A DNA stretch of 64,000 bases. Origin: Ascidiella aspersa. Lineage: Eukaryota. Where the stretch lies: NCBI GenBank assembly GCA_963924565.1, contig OZ004613.1, forward strand, positions 8,990,001 through 9,054,000, in the 5' to 3' direction. Under the pieces are notes generated by a model. That model was not told where the DNA came from, did not search any database, and was given only the letters and a program-made list of their open reading frames with translations. Made by a program: the position numbers and the translations under genes. Positions 52,769 to 64,000 of the stretch are shown here, piece by piece (the stretch's first letter is position 1; every line of letters starts with the position of its first letter).

Positions 52769-53260
52769 TAGATAGATAGATATATAGATAGATAGATATG
52801 TTTATTGTTAGGGAAGTAGATTCCCAGGGAGCAGCGAAAGACCGTTAGGTCATCAAAGTCAGCCGCTCCCTGACCGCAATATAATCAGAATACATGTACA
52901 GGTATACGGCAATTTAAATCATTAAAAAACAAATTTAAATACAATGAAACAACATAATTTTGGCCACATTAGTGGCTGCTATAACAGTGAACAACCTTTG
53001 TAGAAAAACAAAACAAAAAGAGGTACAAACAAACAGCAAAAAACAAAAGGGCAACGGTGCAAAACAAGCGACAGAAGGGGCACAATTTGTGAATGGCACC
53101 TTTGCCATACAATACAATAATTACAATGATAACTAAATACAATACAATGATAACAATACAATAAAACACGAACAAGGGTATAACAAACAGAAACAAAAAT
53201 ATAACAATGCAACGGAATGGAGCGGGGACGATACAACAGCCAAAAAACTAAATGAACAAC
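52769..53260 (-). mobile_element. 5'-truncated non-LTR retroelement (LINE/SINE) 3' end inserted in the last exon of kinase copy 3
   Basis: Minus strand: T/G-rich UTR, stem-loop (52825-52835 pairing with 52862-52872), AATAAA (52801-52806), then a (TATC)n tail. Absent from copies 1 and 2. Confidence 0.6.
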
Positions 53261-55800
53261 TAACACAGGCACGATAGAGAAGGCTGTTGTCCGTCGTAAG
53301 TTGACGTTGCTTGAGATTTGTCCCCGTTAGATGTTTGCTTGCTATTTCGTGTTGTAATCTTGCTGTGCGAAATGTTTTCAGTGTTGCGACCCTCTTCGGC
53401 ATTTGAGGCGTGAAGTTTCCACTGTGAGTTAAAGTTGCTCGATATTTGACCTCCTTGTCGCAAGTGTTCACCGCTAGCGACTTGCTTTTTCGTCGATTCA
53501 TTTGCGCTGATGCACTATTGTCTTTCTCTGGCGGGCGAGGGGCGTAAATTTTTTCAGCCATATCTGTGGATGAAAACACGTTCTTTGTGCAATCCGAGCT
53601 TCGTTCTCTGAGTTGCGTTTTTGTGGCGACCTTCGCGAAGAATCCTTGTTTTGCGCGCTGTTGATATATTTGTATTCTGTCTTGGCTGCTCTGGCGCTCT
53701 TGGTCGCGCTAAGTCGGGTTCAGCAACGCTTTGTCCTTTCTTTTTGACCCTTTGCTTATTATTTGCCATTGCAGCGACAAATGGACGTCGGATTACAGAT
53801 GGACATGGTTTCGGCGACTGGAGTTGGTTGTTCTGTGGGAATGTAAAAAAAGGTGAAGTATACCATTATACGTTGTGTTAACTATTACACATTGTGAAAA
53901 AGACAAAAATGAAGGGCAGAATAACAAGATACATGGTTTAGTGAAGATGTACTCGTATTTTCTAAATAATTAAAAAAGGAATTATACTTTATTGACAAAA
54001 GATAATTTAACCCAGAGATACATTTTTAAAGATCACACAGAAATATGTATTTGTTTTAAAGTTGGCTTCGTGAAAACATTGATATTTAAGGGAACCTACC
54101 GATAACGTTTGTTGAGTTGTTTTTGATGGGTCGCAAAATTGTTTCTTTAACGAGGGATCAACGACACCAGGGTGAACGGGGCACCGATTGTCCCATCTGT
54201 GACGTAACAATATCTATAGTTTATATTGAGTTGTTACAAGCACGTCACAATGATTTTACAACAAGTTTGTTTTTTCTACAGAAAATAATAATGCCTGTTT
54301 GTATGACGAAATATATATTTCTTGTATTTCAAGAAAAAAGTTTATACTTTTCCATGTTTTACTAAGCAGTTTAAAAAAATCTATTATGGGCTTATAACGT
54401 GCAGAAAATGAGAGAGAAACTTACCGACCAAACTTCGGATACGTGCTCTAGCTTTCAGAAGCCTTTCTTTTAACTTGGCGTACACTCGGGATGGCTTTGC
54501 AGGGTCTTGTCGTTCTTTAATAAAGAATAATATATTTTACTACATACCAATTAGCATTTCTTTATAACAAGAAGAATGACTTTGTAACTTACCCACGACG
54601 ATGAAAGTATTCGAGATTTTCGTCACACACTCAAGCTTCTGCAAATCAACTCGTTTCAACATCTGTAAAATAAGTACGAATTTTTACGTCAACTGAAAAC
54701 TTGATAACAAAAGGAAGAAATAAAATGCACCTTAAGCAGTTTTGCTTGGCTGTACTTCATTTGGTTCGAGTTGTTTTCGACCTTTATGTTTTTGACTTGG
54801 AAAGGTTGTTCGGCTTTCTCAACACTTTTTTCAAGCTTTTGCAATTCGTTCCGTTCAAAGTGCTGTTAATGCATATAAGCTTGTTGTCATATTGAAAAAA
54901 ACAAATAAAATATCGTTCGTTTAATTTGGGTTGCTTTATTATTCAAACAAAAATTCGTTTCTTTGCAACACTATAACAAACTCAATTTGCAAATTTTACC
55001 TTATTTACCTTTTGTAGTGCGTCAGTTAAAAGGGGATTATTTCTTCTCGCTAGCTGAAATAAATGTGGCCGGCACTGAAAAAGTAAAACGTTTTTTATAA
55101 TCAAGACATGGATAGTTAACTCTACAGATAAGATAAACAAATCCTTCTCCAATTTTTTTAGTCAAAATTCTTGCCGATTTAAATTAGCGTTACAAATCCA
55201 AGAAATAATAAATACAAATCGCTGTTTTACCTTTGTTAATTTGGAATCATCAGAGCCAGATTTGCTTAACTGCTCCAACACGGCCTGATGTACATACGAA
55301 TTAACTGGCTTCATTGTAAGGTCTTCTTTTATTTTCTGCCTCGAAAATTTGACAGAAGGATTTTCTGAAATTGTTTGTTAGAAGATTTTTAAATTCATTC
55401 AACTTAATGTTTGTTTGATGTTAAAACTCAGGGTTAACGATATATCCTAAAGTATAATATATTTACCTTCTGGAAACGTCTCACAAACTTGCACATCAAC
55501 TCTATTTCGCTTTCCTGCTTCGGTGTATTTTGCTACTTCATTTCTTACTTTGGAAGTTTTGCTGCGAACTTTTTTCTCAGGTTTATCTTTAAATTGGGAA
55601 CCTTGATTATCTCTAACGCTTTGGCCGCTATTCATCTTGATGGTGGAAACCTCAGATTTTTGTCCATCTGAAATCTTAATCTGCTCCTTTGAGTCATGTA
55701 ACGTCGGTGACCGAAGTGCTTTTTCTCCCTCATTTTGTTTTTGTAGTTTCTCGGCTCTATCTGCAATAAAACGCATGTTAGGTCTGTTCGCCTCTTGCAG

Positions 55801-55961
55801 ATTTGGGATACTTAGCTGATCGAAGAGGTTAGGTGATAACCACAAGACAATATGAGACAAACAGACAAGACAGAACAAATGAGTGAATTGCAGTCTGCCG
55901 ATTTGACTGAAACCTGCCACTCAACAGAAAACGACGAGACGTGTCAACATATAACAGAAAG
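55801..55961 (+). other. Putative antisense exon nested in kinase pseudogene copy 3
   Basis: ctcttgcag| acceptor, ATG 55852, open 36 codons, GAAAG|GTAAG at 55961/55962. Intact although the host copy is broken. Confidence 0.45.
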
Positions 55962-58900
55962 GTAAGCCTTGACAAAACATATAATAGACGTTAAAAATGT
56001 GTTAATTATATAGCATTTAGCGATAACGTTGTTAAATTCAAGATCTTTAAAAGCTTAAAAACACAAAAAAATTGATGCTTATTTAGAATACTTTTAACCA
56101 ACATACAACGCATATACCTTTAGAGTATAGCTTTTCATCAACTTGAACTATTTCAGAATTTTGATTCTTCTTTCCTTTTTTACGATTGTCGATTTGTTCT
56201 TTCAAGTTGTCTATGGCTTCAGGTTTGTTTACAATCGAAAAATGTATATTATTTAAAAACCAACATAAAGTAAAAAATAAAAATACTGAAAAATGATAAA
56301 ATAAACAATCAATGGCACCTTATATGTATTCTTTATGGGAGTATGTGCTGCAGAAGCATCGTAAGAAACCGCTGACTTTTCCAAATTTATTTTGCCGCTT
56401 CCGTTTGTTAAAGAATCAGCTTCGTCACTGCTATTCCTAGGACGAAAACCGAGCAAGCTTTGGCGAACAGCGGCAAACTTGGCTTTCCTCTCGGCAGCTT
56501 TATCGCGTTTAGGAAAAGGCTCCTTTGGGCTCCGAGGCTTTTCGGCGAGATCAACTGTGTTGCAATGTACCATGCAGTTCGCCAAGTAGCCTTTAGGTGT
56601 TATTCCTTTTTCCATGAATTCCCGCCATACGACGGCGACTCCGTAACAACTCGCTCCACGCAGCGAATGCCGAGGGTCGGCTCTTCAACATCCGGAGACC
56701 AAGTCCAGGGATCCTGGAGGACTTCGCTCTTCCGATCCTGTTTCCTCTTGAAAGGATCGGGGATGACGTCAGACTTGCGCAGCTCGTTTTCTTCCAACCT
56801 CCAGACTTCGGTGACGCGCATTCCACCCGTGTCTTCCAACGGAAGCGCGACCAGGATTCCGGCATCCCGAAGGTCCTCCGGACTGTTTCCCGCTCCGAGG
56901 AGAAACTTACGACGCTCGTCCAGCAGCATCATGCGTTGCCACAGGTAGTGGCTGACGTAGGTCGACTGAAACTTGTAAACTGAGAAAGCGAGAGAGGATT
57001 CTTAATTCGCAAACAAAATGCATATATTTAAATCACGTTGAATATTTAACACGAACCTGAATTGCCAGAAACAGCAGTCAGGTGCTCCGTATTCGGCGGA
57101 GATTCCTGGAACGCAATGTTATTGTGTAAGAAATTCTCCACGGTTAATCAAATCTAGTTCACAAACAAACTTACCCTGGAAAGTGTGTGTTGCGCTAACC
57201 ACGGATCTCGTACAATTTCGTCAACTGTCGGCCTGTCTTCTGAATTTCTTTCCAGCAAGCGATTCAGTAACTCTCTACAGCCTGTTTAAAAATCCTGTTA
57301 AATGCCAAATAAAGTAGAAATGTTGGTTTTATCAAACTTGCTTACCAAGTGAAAGACGTTTACGAAAAGGCAGCGGTTGACCCTCGGAATCTGAAATCTT
57401 CTGATAGATTACGTCTGTAGTATTTCCGTCAAATGGCAGATACCCATTTGTCATTAAAAAAAGAATAACTCCCCTAAAAATATCAACAAAGGTGAATACC
57501 ATAATTGATATCTTGTTCTTAAAACATTCAAAACATTATTGATCAATATATCTGAATTTTGTGATGTTAATTTTGAAATTTTCTAAAACTATTAGGTGTT
57601 TTTAATACGTACATGCTCCACACATCAGCATGGAATGGGTTGTAAGGCTTTTCATGTCTTTTCGAAACCTCGGGAGCCACGTAACCACGGGTGCCGCAAT
57701 TCGTAGTGGAAAGTAGGCTTTGTCGACTATTAGGTTTGTTCGGGGCAGCGACGGAAAACCCAAGATCGCATATTTTTACTTGTCCGTCGCCTGTCACAAG
57801 TATGTTGTCCAGTTTCAAATCCCTATAAATAATACAAGGGAACGGTAGGTAACAAACAACAGTATCAAGCGTTTCTAAATTAAAAAAAACGATAACAAAA
57901 ATAAATCGCATGTTAGTAAAACAGCAATGAAGTCGATTTCCTAAACTTGAGAACAACTCAATAAAGTGTTGCCGTATAAAAAAAGCATTCCCAGATTCTG
58001 TGCTAAAACAAACGCGAATATAAGCTCAAAATTATATAGCTAAAATATAAAATAGATGAAATAATCTGTAAAATTATAAACAACCGTAGAGTTATGTTTT
58101 TTTTTATATCTGTTTGCTAGTAGACTACACTGAATCAAAAACACGAGTCTTTTTATAAGCTTTTTGTTGATGGGATATTTGTTATATAGCTACTAAAATG
58201 TTTCAACAATAAAAAGTGTTTCAGTTTACTATATACTATACAATTTTTAGTTATATTGTATTATTAATCAGACACATTATTTTGTTTGCAAACGAATATG
58301 CGCTTTCGGTGTAAAACGAATTGCTACATTTGGAGCATAGTGAATGGCAGTTCTAGTTTGGCGTGTAGAATCAATATTAAAGCCCAAACAAAAGTGTAGG
58401 TAGCATATTTTAAATTCAAAATAAATATTTATTTACTAACAACACAAATAAATCAGTCGTACAAAGTGTTTTACCTGTGTGCAATGTTATTCGTGTGCAG
58501 TTGTTGGACGCCTTTCGCAATTTCCATGAAATATCGAGCGGCAAGTTGTTCTTCTAAATATCTCCTTCTCTTTGGATTTCTGCAAATGTGCTCCTTGAAA
58601 GTTTGCCGAAGGTCGCCTCTGGCCGCGAACTCCATCACCATAAATATTCGCTTGCTTGCAACGAACACATCCAACAGATTCACCTGAAAGCCAATGCGAC
58701 TTGTTTAGTAAGTGACTTAACTAGCAAAGGTTGAGAAATTTACTTTTGGCCAAGTGCTGATTGACTTTATTTGCCAGACTGGCGGGTGCCTTAGGCAAAA
58801 ATCGGTCGTTGTAATCAGGCTTTTTGAGAAAAACACAAAAAGCCAATTAATGGATAAATCAAGCTTTTTGACCTAATTCTGATGTTCTGCGACAATTATC

Positions 58901-59330
58901 TCAAACGCCAAAAATTAAAGGCCAATTCTTGCGTCAATTGCTAACGATACTCGCATGTGAAAGATTGCAAAAGCAAACCAAACGTGGTAAAAGGTGCTAA
59001 GCATTCAATATGGTGAAAACAGTTAGATAGGACGTAAATTTACACATGACCGCCTAACATTTAACGGGAGTGATATTTCGTCCAGTAAGTCCTGTCTGGA
59101 GATTCTATACACTCGCCGAATGGCGAGTGAAATTTTCAATGCAGTTTCGCGTAAGTTACCACTAATTGTTTTCACACATATGTTATACATACAACGTTTG
59201 GAAGTCCAAAGCACTTGTTGCAATTTCCTATTTCGCCCGGAAAATATATGAAAATATTAGGTATTTGCTTACCTAATTTGCCTGTATTATTCTTAAAAAA
59301 AATACAGCTGTTTAAATCATGTACGGTAAC

Positions 59331-59608
59331 CCAGTCTGGAAAATATGGCAGATTTCGACGAGATCTCGCGGGTGCACGGCCGAAAAAATCCAGGTGACCG
59401 GGTGTAACAAAGGTCAAAAAAGTACACCTCGGGTGCATTTTCGATTTTCCTGGTGCACTTTATGATTTTCCGATTCCTTTATTGCACTGTAAACGTCTGA
59501 CGCACATGCGTTTTACATATTTGGGGTGCAGTTCAGAATTTTTTCAGGGTGCACTTTTAAAAGGTTGAAAAAAAATCACGGTTGCACTTGCCATACTTTC
59601 CACTGTGG
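59331..59608. mobile_element. MITE in intron 1 of kinase copy 3
   Basis: Imperfect 20-bp TIR CCAGTCTGGAAAATATGGCA / TGCCATACTTTCCACTGTGG; perfect 8-bp TSD ACGGTAAC; internal ggtgca repeats. Confidence 0.8.
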
Positions 59609-61525
59609 ACGGTAACTAGTGAAAATACACAATAAACATTTGCTAACCTTAAGTTGCTCATTTCTCTTCTTGACCAACATCAACTTCTCGGAGGATTTGA
59701 TCTTCTTCTTAGTAGGACGGGCCAAAAATACTCTACCTGTGGCTCCACCTCCTAAGTATTTATTATCCACTTTGTACCCATGATCCGCACAAATTCTTCT
59801 CTCTTTGTGAAGAAGAAACTCCTTTACCTGTGAATTCATTTTTGTCGAACCAGATGGCACTGTAATACAGCAGAATCTTCAAAATCGCTTTCAATCTGAC
59901 AATAATCGCTTTTGCAACAACTCTCTAAAACACGTCTTTCTATCTCTCCTCTTAAAAGTTCTCAAACTTGACTAAAAAATTGAGGCCAAACCTGCCATTG
60001 TGACTTTGTGATGTAACAATGTGCATTTTAAGGTACAGTGTGGTATTGGGATTTTTCTAGGCAGTAGGGCAGCTGAAATATTTTTGCAAGAATACTTTGA
60101 ACTTTGGGAATCGCATTAATATCTTAATTTAAGTTTAATCTAATTCCATGTTTACTGACATTCCGGTTTCAGGCGTAACTAGGCTTCAGTAATTTATAGG
60201 GATGTCGGCCAATTGTTTGCATTAAGCAGTGCAAACCAGTTACATTCATTCTTTTTTGCAATATTGCCTGTTTTTTGGTGTTGGTAAAAATCGCCTCCAT
60301 AGATAAACGTGTGCTTTTGTGAAGACAGAGTAAGGACAGTAAACAGTCAAAATTTACCAATCTGGCTTTATTATTACCCCAAACCAATCATGGCCCCTAA
60401 GGATCGTGAATAGTACAGCCAATATAACAGCAAACATCATGGTTATAGTGTTCCAATTTTTCCATGTTTGAAATACAGGTCAACTAATAATTTTTTTATA
60501 AGATTTATTGCGCCAATAGCTGCCTCTGTCCAATTAGTGCTCCACAACCTTTTTTCACAGGCGGCACAGTAACAGAGCTAAAAAAAAATCGGCGCGAACC
60601 CACAAAATATATGTCAATCGACAACAGACACATGATAGAATATTCAATACAGCCTTTAGCCAAACAAGTACTTTACGATTCAATGCGTTGAAGGCGCGAA
60701 AAATTGACTTATTACATTTCTTAATCTTTGAAGTTTTGTAGCTTTACTGTCCTCCTTAAATATTGCACCAAGTTCTGGATACAAAGCAAGACACAGCCTA
60801 TAAGTGCTTTACATTTTATTCTTTCAAACACATTTACAAGGTATTTTTCAACCACGCTGTGGGGCTAAACTTTTAAACCAGTGACAAAAAAATCAGCAAA
60901 ATCGTTGTATTCTCAAACACATACTTAACCATTCGTTAATTTTTGCAAACTCTGATCACCAAATACACACAATAATAAAATAATCGCAAAATTAACGTTG
61001 CAATGCGTTCAGGTAGCCTATAGAGAATCGGGCTATGGATTACATCCTGCTTGTATCCTTGATTCCTTGATATGGGCATTTTGAAGACGGTGGCGACATA
61101 CTTTCGAATAATGCTAAACCGGGTTTCGTTTGATCATTTAAGAAGCTCGACGTTTGCTAGTATTGATTAAATATCTTTCATCACAAATATATAATCATTT
61201 AACGTATATAGAAAAGCAGTTATAGACACATGCTAGCGTTTAAGCGATTGTCATTTGAAGTGGTGATAGTCAGTAAAATATGGTAATAATAAAGCTATAC
61301 ACTAAAGATGCCGTCCGAAAGGCTGACGTAGAGTAGGGGTATTTGTCACAATTAATTACTTCCTATCACAAAAACTATACGGACAGTATATTTACATGCA
61401 AAGGCAATCAACAGCAGTATCTAGTAATTACGGTTAGATGAATATCACAAAATCAGCACAACATTAAAGGCATACAACGCATGCATTTATCTTTAGGTCT
61501 GCGACCCCAGTTTAATTTACGTCGT

Positions 61526-63522
61526 TCAGGACATGTAGGTGCGGATTCCCTTCTCGATTTTTTTGCGGCACATCGGGCATTTGCGCAGCGCTTGGGCGCA
61601 ATCTCCGCAACTGCAGAGGTGGCCGCAGGGAACGAACACGATGTCGGCATCCTTGTCCAAGCAGATCTTGCACTTTCTTTCTTCCTGGAGCTCGCGGATC
61701 CGCGCCTGCATCGACGGCGATTGCTCTGCGCAGGAAGAACATTTTTTGTTAGCAGAACGCACTACTAAAGGGGCTAGAGCAGGGATTCTAAACTTTTTTT
61801 TACCGCGGACCCCTAAATTTTATTTTGCTTCGTATGAACCAGTGTAGGCAAGAAATTTTAGGGAAGTCGTCATAAATTTTCGTCATAATTCAAACAGACT
61901 TTAAAAATGAGATGTTTCCGGTCTAAGAAATTTGAAATGTAATGAAGTCTAAGTATATTTAGTGCAAAAACGGTTTATTTTTAACTATAGCCTATACTAT
62001 TTTGTTGAAAAATAAATTGCTTATATATACACTAATAGTTCAATTAGGCCTTCGCGAACCCTATAAAACTAGTTCACGTACCCCAAGGGGTCGATGGGCA
62101 CCTGTGTAATAATCCCTGGGCTAGATAATATCGAGCTAACGAAAATGAGGACGAACGGCAGACGAAAATAAATTTGTTTAGATGTTAAGACAAATCTCCT
62201 TTATCCGTTGATGTGCATTTAGAATCATTTGTTTTCTACCAATTTTATTTAGGCAGGTTTATTTCATTCTAGATAAATTTTAATTCTGTGTAAAAATAAT
62301 ATATTTCCCTGAAGAAGATTGCCCGAATAGGTGGTCGAAACCATGTTTCTTTAATAAAATAAAACAATTTTGCAAACTGATTTTAACTCTTATTTTTGGG
62401 TGTAACAAGAATAGAAGTTTTACGTAGGCAAAATATTCAAGTAGGCACAAATTCTACTGACCCGCAAGTTATATTGTCGAACAACATTAGTTTAGTTATA
62501 TTTGAACCACTAACCTTCCGTTTCCATTGCAATCGACTGAAGTTCGTTTGAAGACGTCCCTGCAAAAATTATTAGATAAGCATCATATATAGCCTACAAA
62601 ACAAATCACGGCCACCAGGTCAGGTTGTAAAGGATGGCCAACTCTTGTTGTTTATTTTACTACGACCTTTACGTACAAAACATATTACATCCTCTAATCT
62701 AAAGGGTGCCACCAAGTCAGGTCTTAAATTTTAGTATATAAAGTACTTCAAGTGACCGCAAACCTGGCATTTTAGTGACGTTTGTTTGTGACGTCATAAT
62801 TTCATCTTCATCTTCTTCGTCGTCATCAACAACTTCGTCATTGATGACGGCATCAACCAAATCGGTGACTGACGTGTACATTTCAGCATGGCTTATTCTT
62901 CTACAATAAAAGAGTACATACTGTTGTAATGAGTCAAGTCAATAACTTGAATTAAGTGCACTTAACTCATTATTTAGTATTCCTTATTTAAGTCTTTTGG
63001 GCAAAATTATTTAATTTCGACTAGAGTGTTTTTAATAAATAACTTCTCCACAAAATCTAAATAATTACCCTATAATGCACTTTTAACACGTAAAACAATT
63101 CGTATATGCTATATGTTGTTATTCTTATTAAAATATCACTCATTAAATTATCGTACGAGTTTGCTAGTTTTTTATTTTCTTATTTTGTTTTTCTATTTGA
63201 ATACTTGGCTTGATATTTCAAAGATTTGGATTGAGACCTAACTTTCTATTTTTCCAAACGACCTGAAAGAGAATTTTACTAATTCAAATTAACTTGGGTA
63301 CAAGCGTGTGCATTACATTATATGCCTCAGCTTAAATATGTTCACAAATAATAATATTTTGTTTCATGTAGTGTTTTATCCTCATTCCAGTTGTTTACAT
63401 TTAAGTTACCTTTTAACCACTCGCGTAACAACTTTTCTGTCAAAACCCATGTCCAAAGCATTTTTGACGATCTCAGAATTCAAAGCTTTTCTTAACTTTT
63501 CTCGTTCCCTTCGCAAATCCGC
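61526..63522 (-). CDS. Inhibitor-of-apoptosis (IAP/BIRC, XIAP-like) E3 ligase, last four exons (UBA + RING); 5' part lies outside the window
   Basis: Exons 63522-63410 (..IVKNALDMGFDRKVV, UBA MGF motif), 62900-62764 (MYTSVTDLVDAV plus acidic run), 62559-62515, and 61725-61526 (LQEERKCKICLDKDADIVFVPCGHLCSCGDCAQALRKCPMCRKKIEKGIRTYMS*, the IAP C-terminal C3HC4 RING). Phases are compatible across GT-AG introns. Confidence 0.9.
61780..62118. mobile_element. hAT-type MITE in the last IAP intron
   Basis: CAGGGATT ... AATCCCTG termini; TSD GGCTAGAG/GGCTAGAT. Confidence 0.75.
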
Positions 63523-63790
63523 CTGAAATAAAATCGTTTACTTTAGATAAGCAAGTTATCGCTTTTTTCGCGTTTTGCCAGCTGCCGGCAAGTAACGGAA
63601 CAATTATTTCATCAGTGTGAAACGGCATATTTATTATTTTACCTTATAACACAGTTGCAACTAATAAGACATCAGCCTTAATTCTCTCAATATATCATTA
63701 CGCCAATGAAAAAGGAAGTCGGAGGGTTCCATTAAGTAAATGATGCCTGGTGTAATATAAGTGCAACCTGTCATTATTTAAACTCTAACT

Positions 63791-64000
63791 CAGTGGTTCT
63801 CAACCGGGGTGCCGCGGAACTCTAGGCCTAGGGTGCCATTTTTAACGCTCAATGGTGCCAAGAAATTTCAAGGTCTTTAGGATTCCAATTTTTGCTCTAT
63901 GAGTTTCTTAAAACAATTTTTGTGCATTGTTGCACAGTTAATGTGCTGTTTTATTCTCGTTTTTGCAACGTTACAGTTAAACACTCAGCAAAAATTCGAG
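63791..64000. mobile_element. Left end of a hAT-type MITE, running off the window
   Basis: CAGTGGTTCTCAACC terminus followed by ggtgcc subterminal repeats; right end not in the window. Confidence 0.55.

Larger units (their letters stand above)
52420..59839 (-). pseudogene. TSSK-like kinase copy 3, inverted, pseudogene
   Basis: Exon 1 59839-59648, exon 3 58683-58475, exon 4 57822-57613, exon 5 57473-57346, exon 6 57281-57175 and later exons are homologous to copies 1 and 2. Lesions: a deletion near 59240-59250 fuses intron 1 to mid exon 2 and removes the acceptor and VAIK; a net 7-nt deletion near 56628-56632 in exon 8; a -1 shift (C4 vs C5) near 54180 in exon 16; deletions and a LINE-like insertion in the last exon. 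Confidence 0.85.

Noticed and set aside
1-64000. Prokaryotic-type systems (CRISPR, operons), rRNA or tRNA genes, and the many short GTG/TTG-started ORFs in the track
   Set aside because: The sequence is eukaryotic with spliceosomal introns. I saw no repeat-spacer array or structural RNA signature, and the short ORFs are exon fragments or chance frames in AT-rich and MITE DNA.

Overview
AT-rich, intron-rich animal genomic DNA. The short GT-AG introns, dense hAT-type MITEs and acceptor-like AG sites just upstream of start codons would fit a tunicate or similar invertebrate, but the species cannot be fixed from this window. Most of the window is a segmentally duplicated cluster of one module: a 17-coding-exon, ~1,295-aa TSSK-like Ser/Thr kinase gene followed by short-chain dehydrogenase (SDR, HSD17B8/FabG-like) genes. 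Kinase copy 1 (5344-12796, +) has a single +1 shift in an A8 run in the last exon. Copy 2 (25448-33027, +) is fully open. Copy 3 (52420-59839, -) is inverted and pseudogenised: VAIK deleted, frameshifts, and a LINE-tail insertion. There are two intact intronless SDR genes (20575-21348, 44580-45353) and four SDR pseudogene remnants. The window also holds a degenerate Gypsy pol, a P/THAP-type element nested in a hAT MITE, more than a dozen TIR/TSD-defined MITEs, and the 3' end (UBA + RING) of an IAP gene at the right edge. The most notable unexplained signal is a 161-nt segment inside kinase intron 9 that is almost invariant in all three copies, including the dead copy. It carries a complete antisense exon (acceptor, ATG-initiated 36-codon ORF, AG|GTAAG donor) and is also open in the sense frame. 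All exon calls were made by eye from splice signals, frame continuity and comparison between copies; no transcript data were available.
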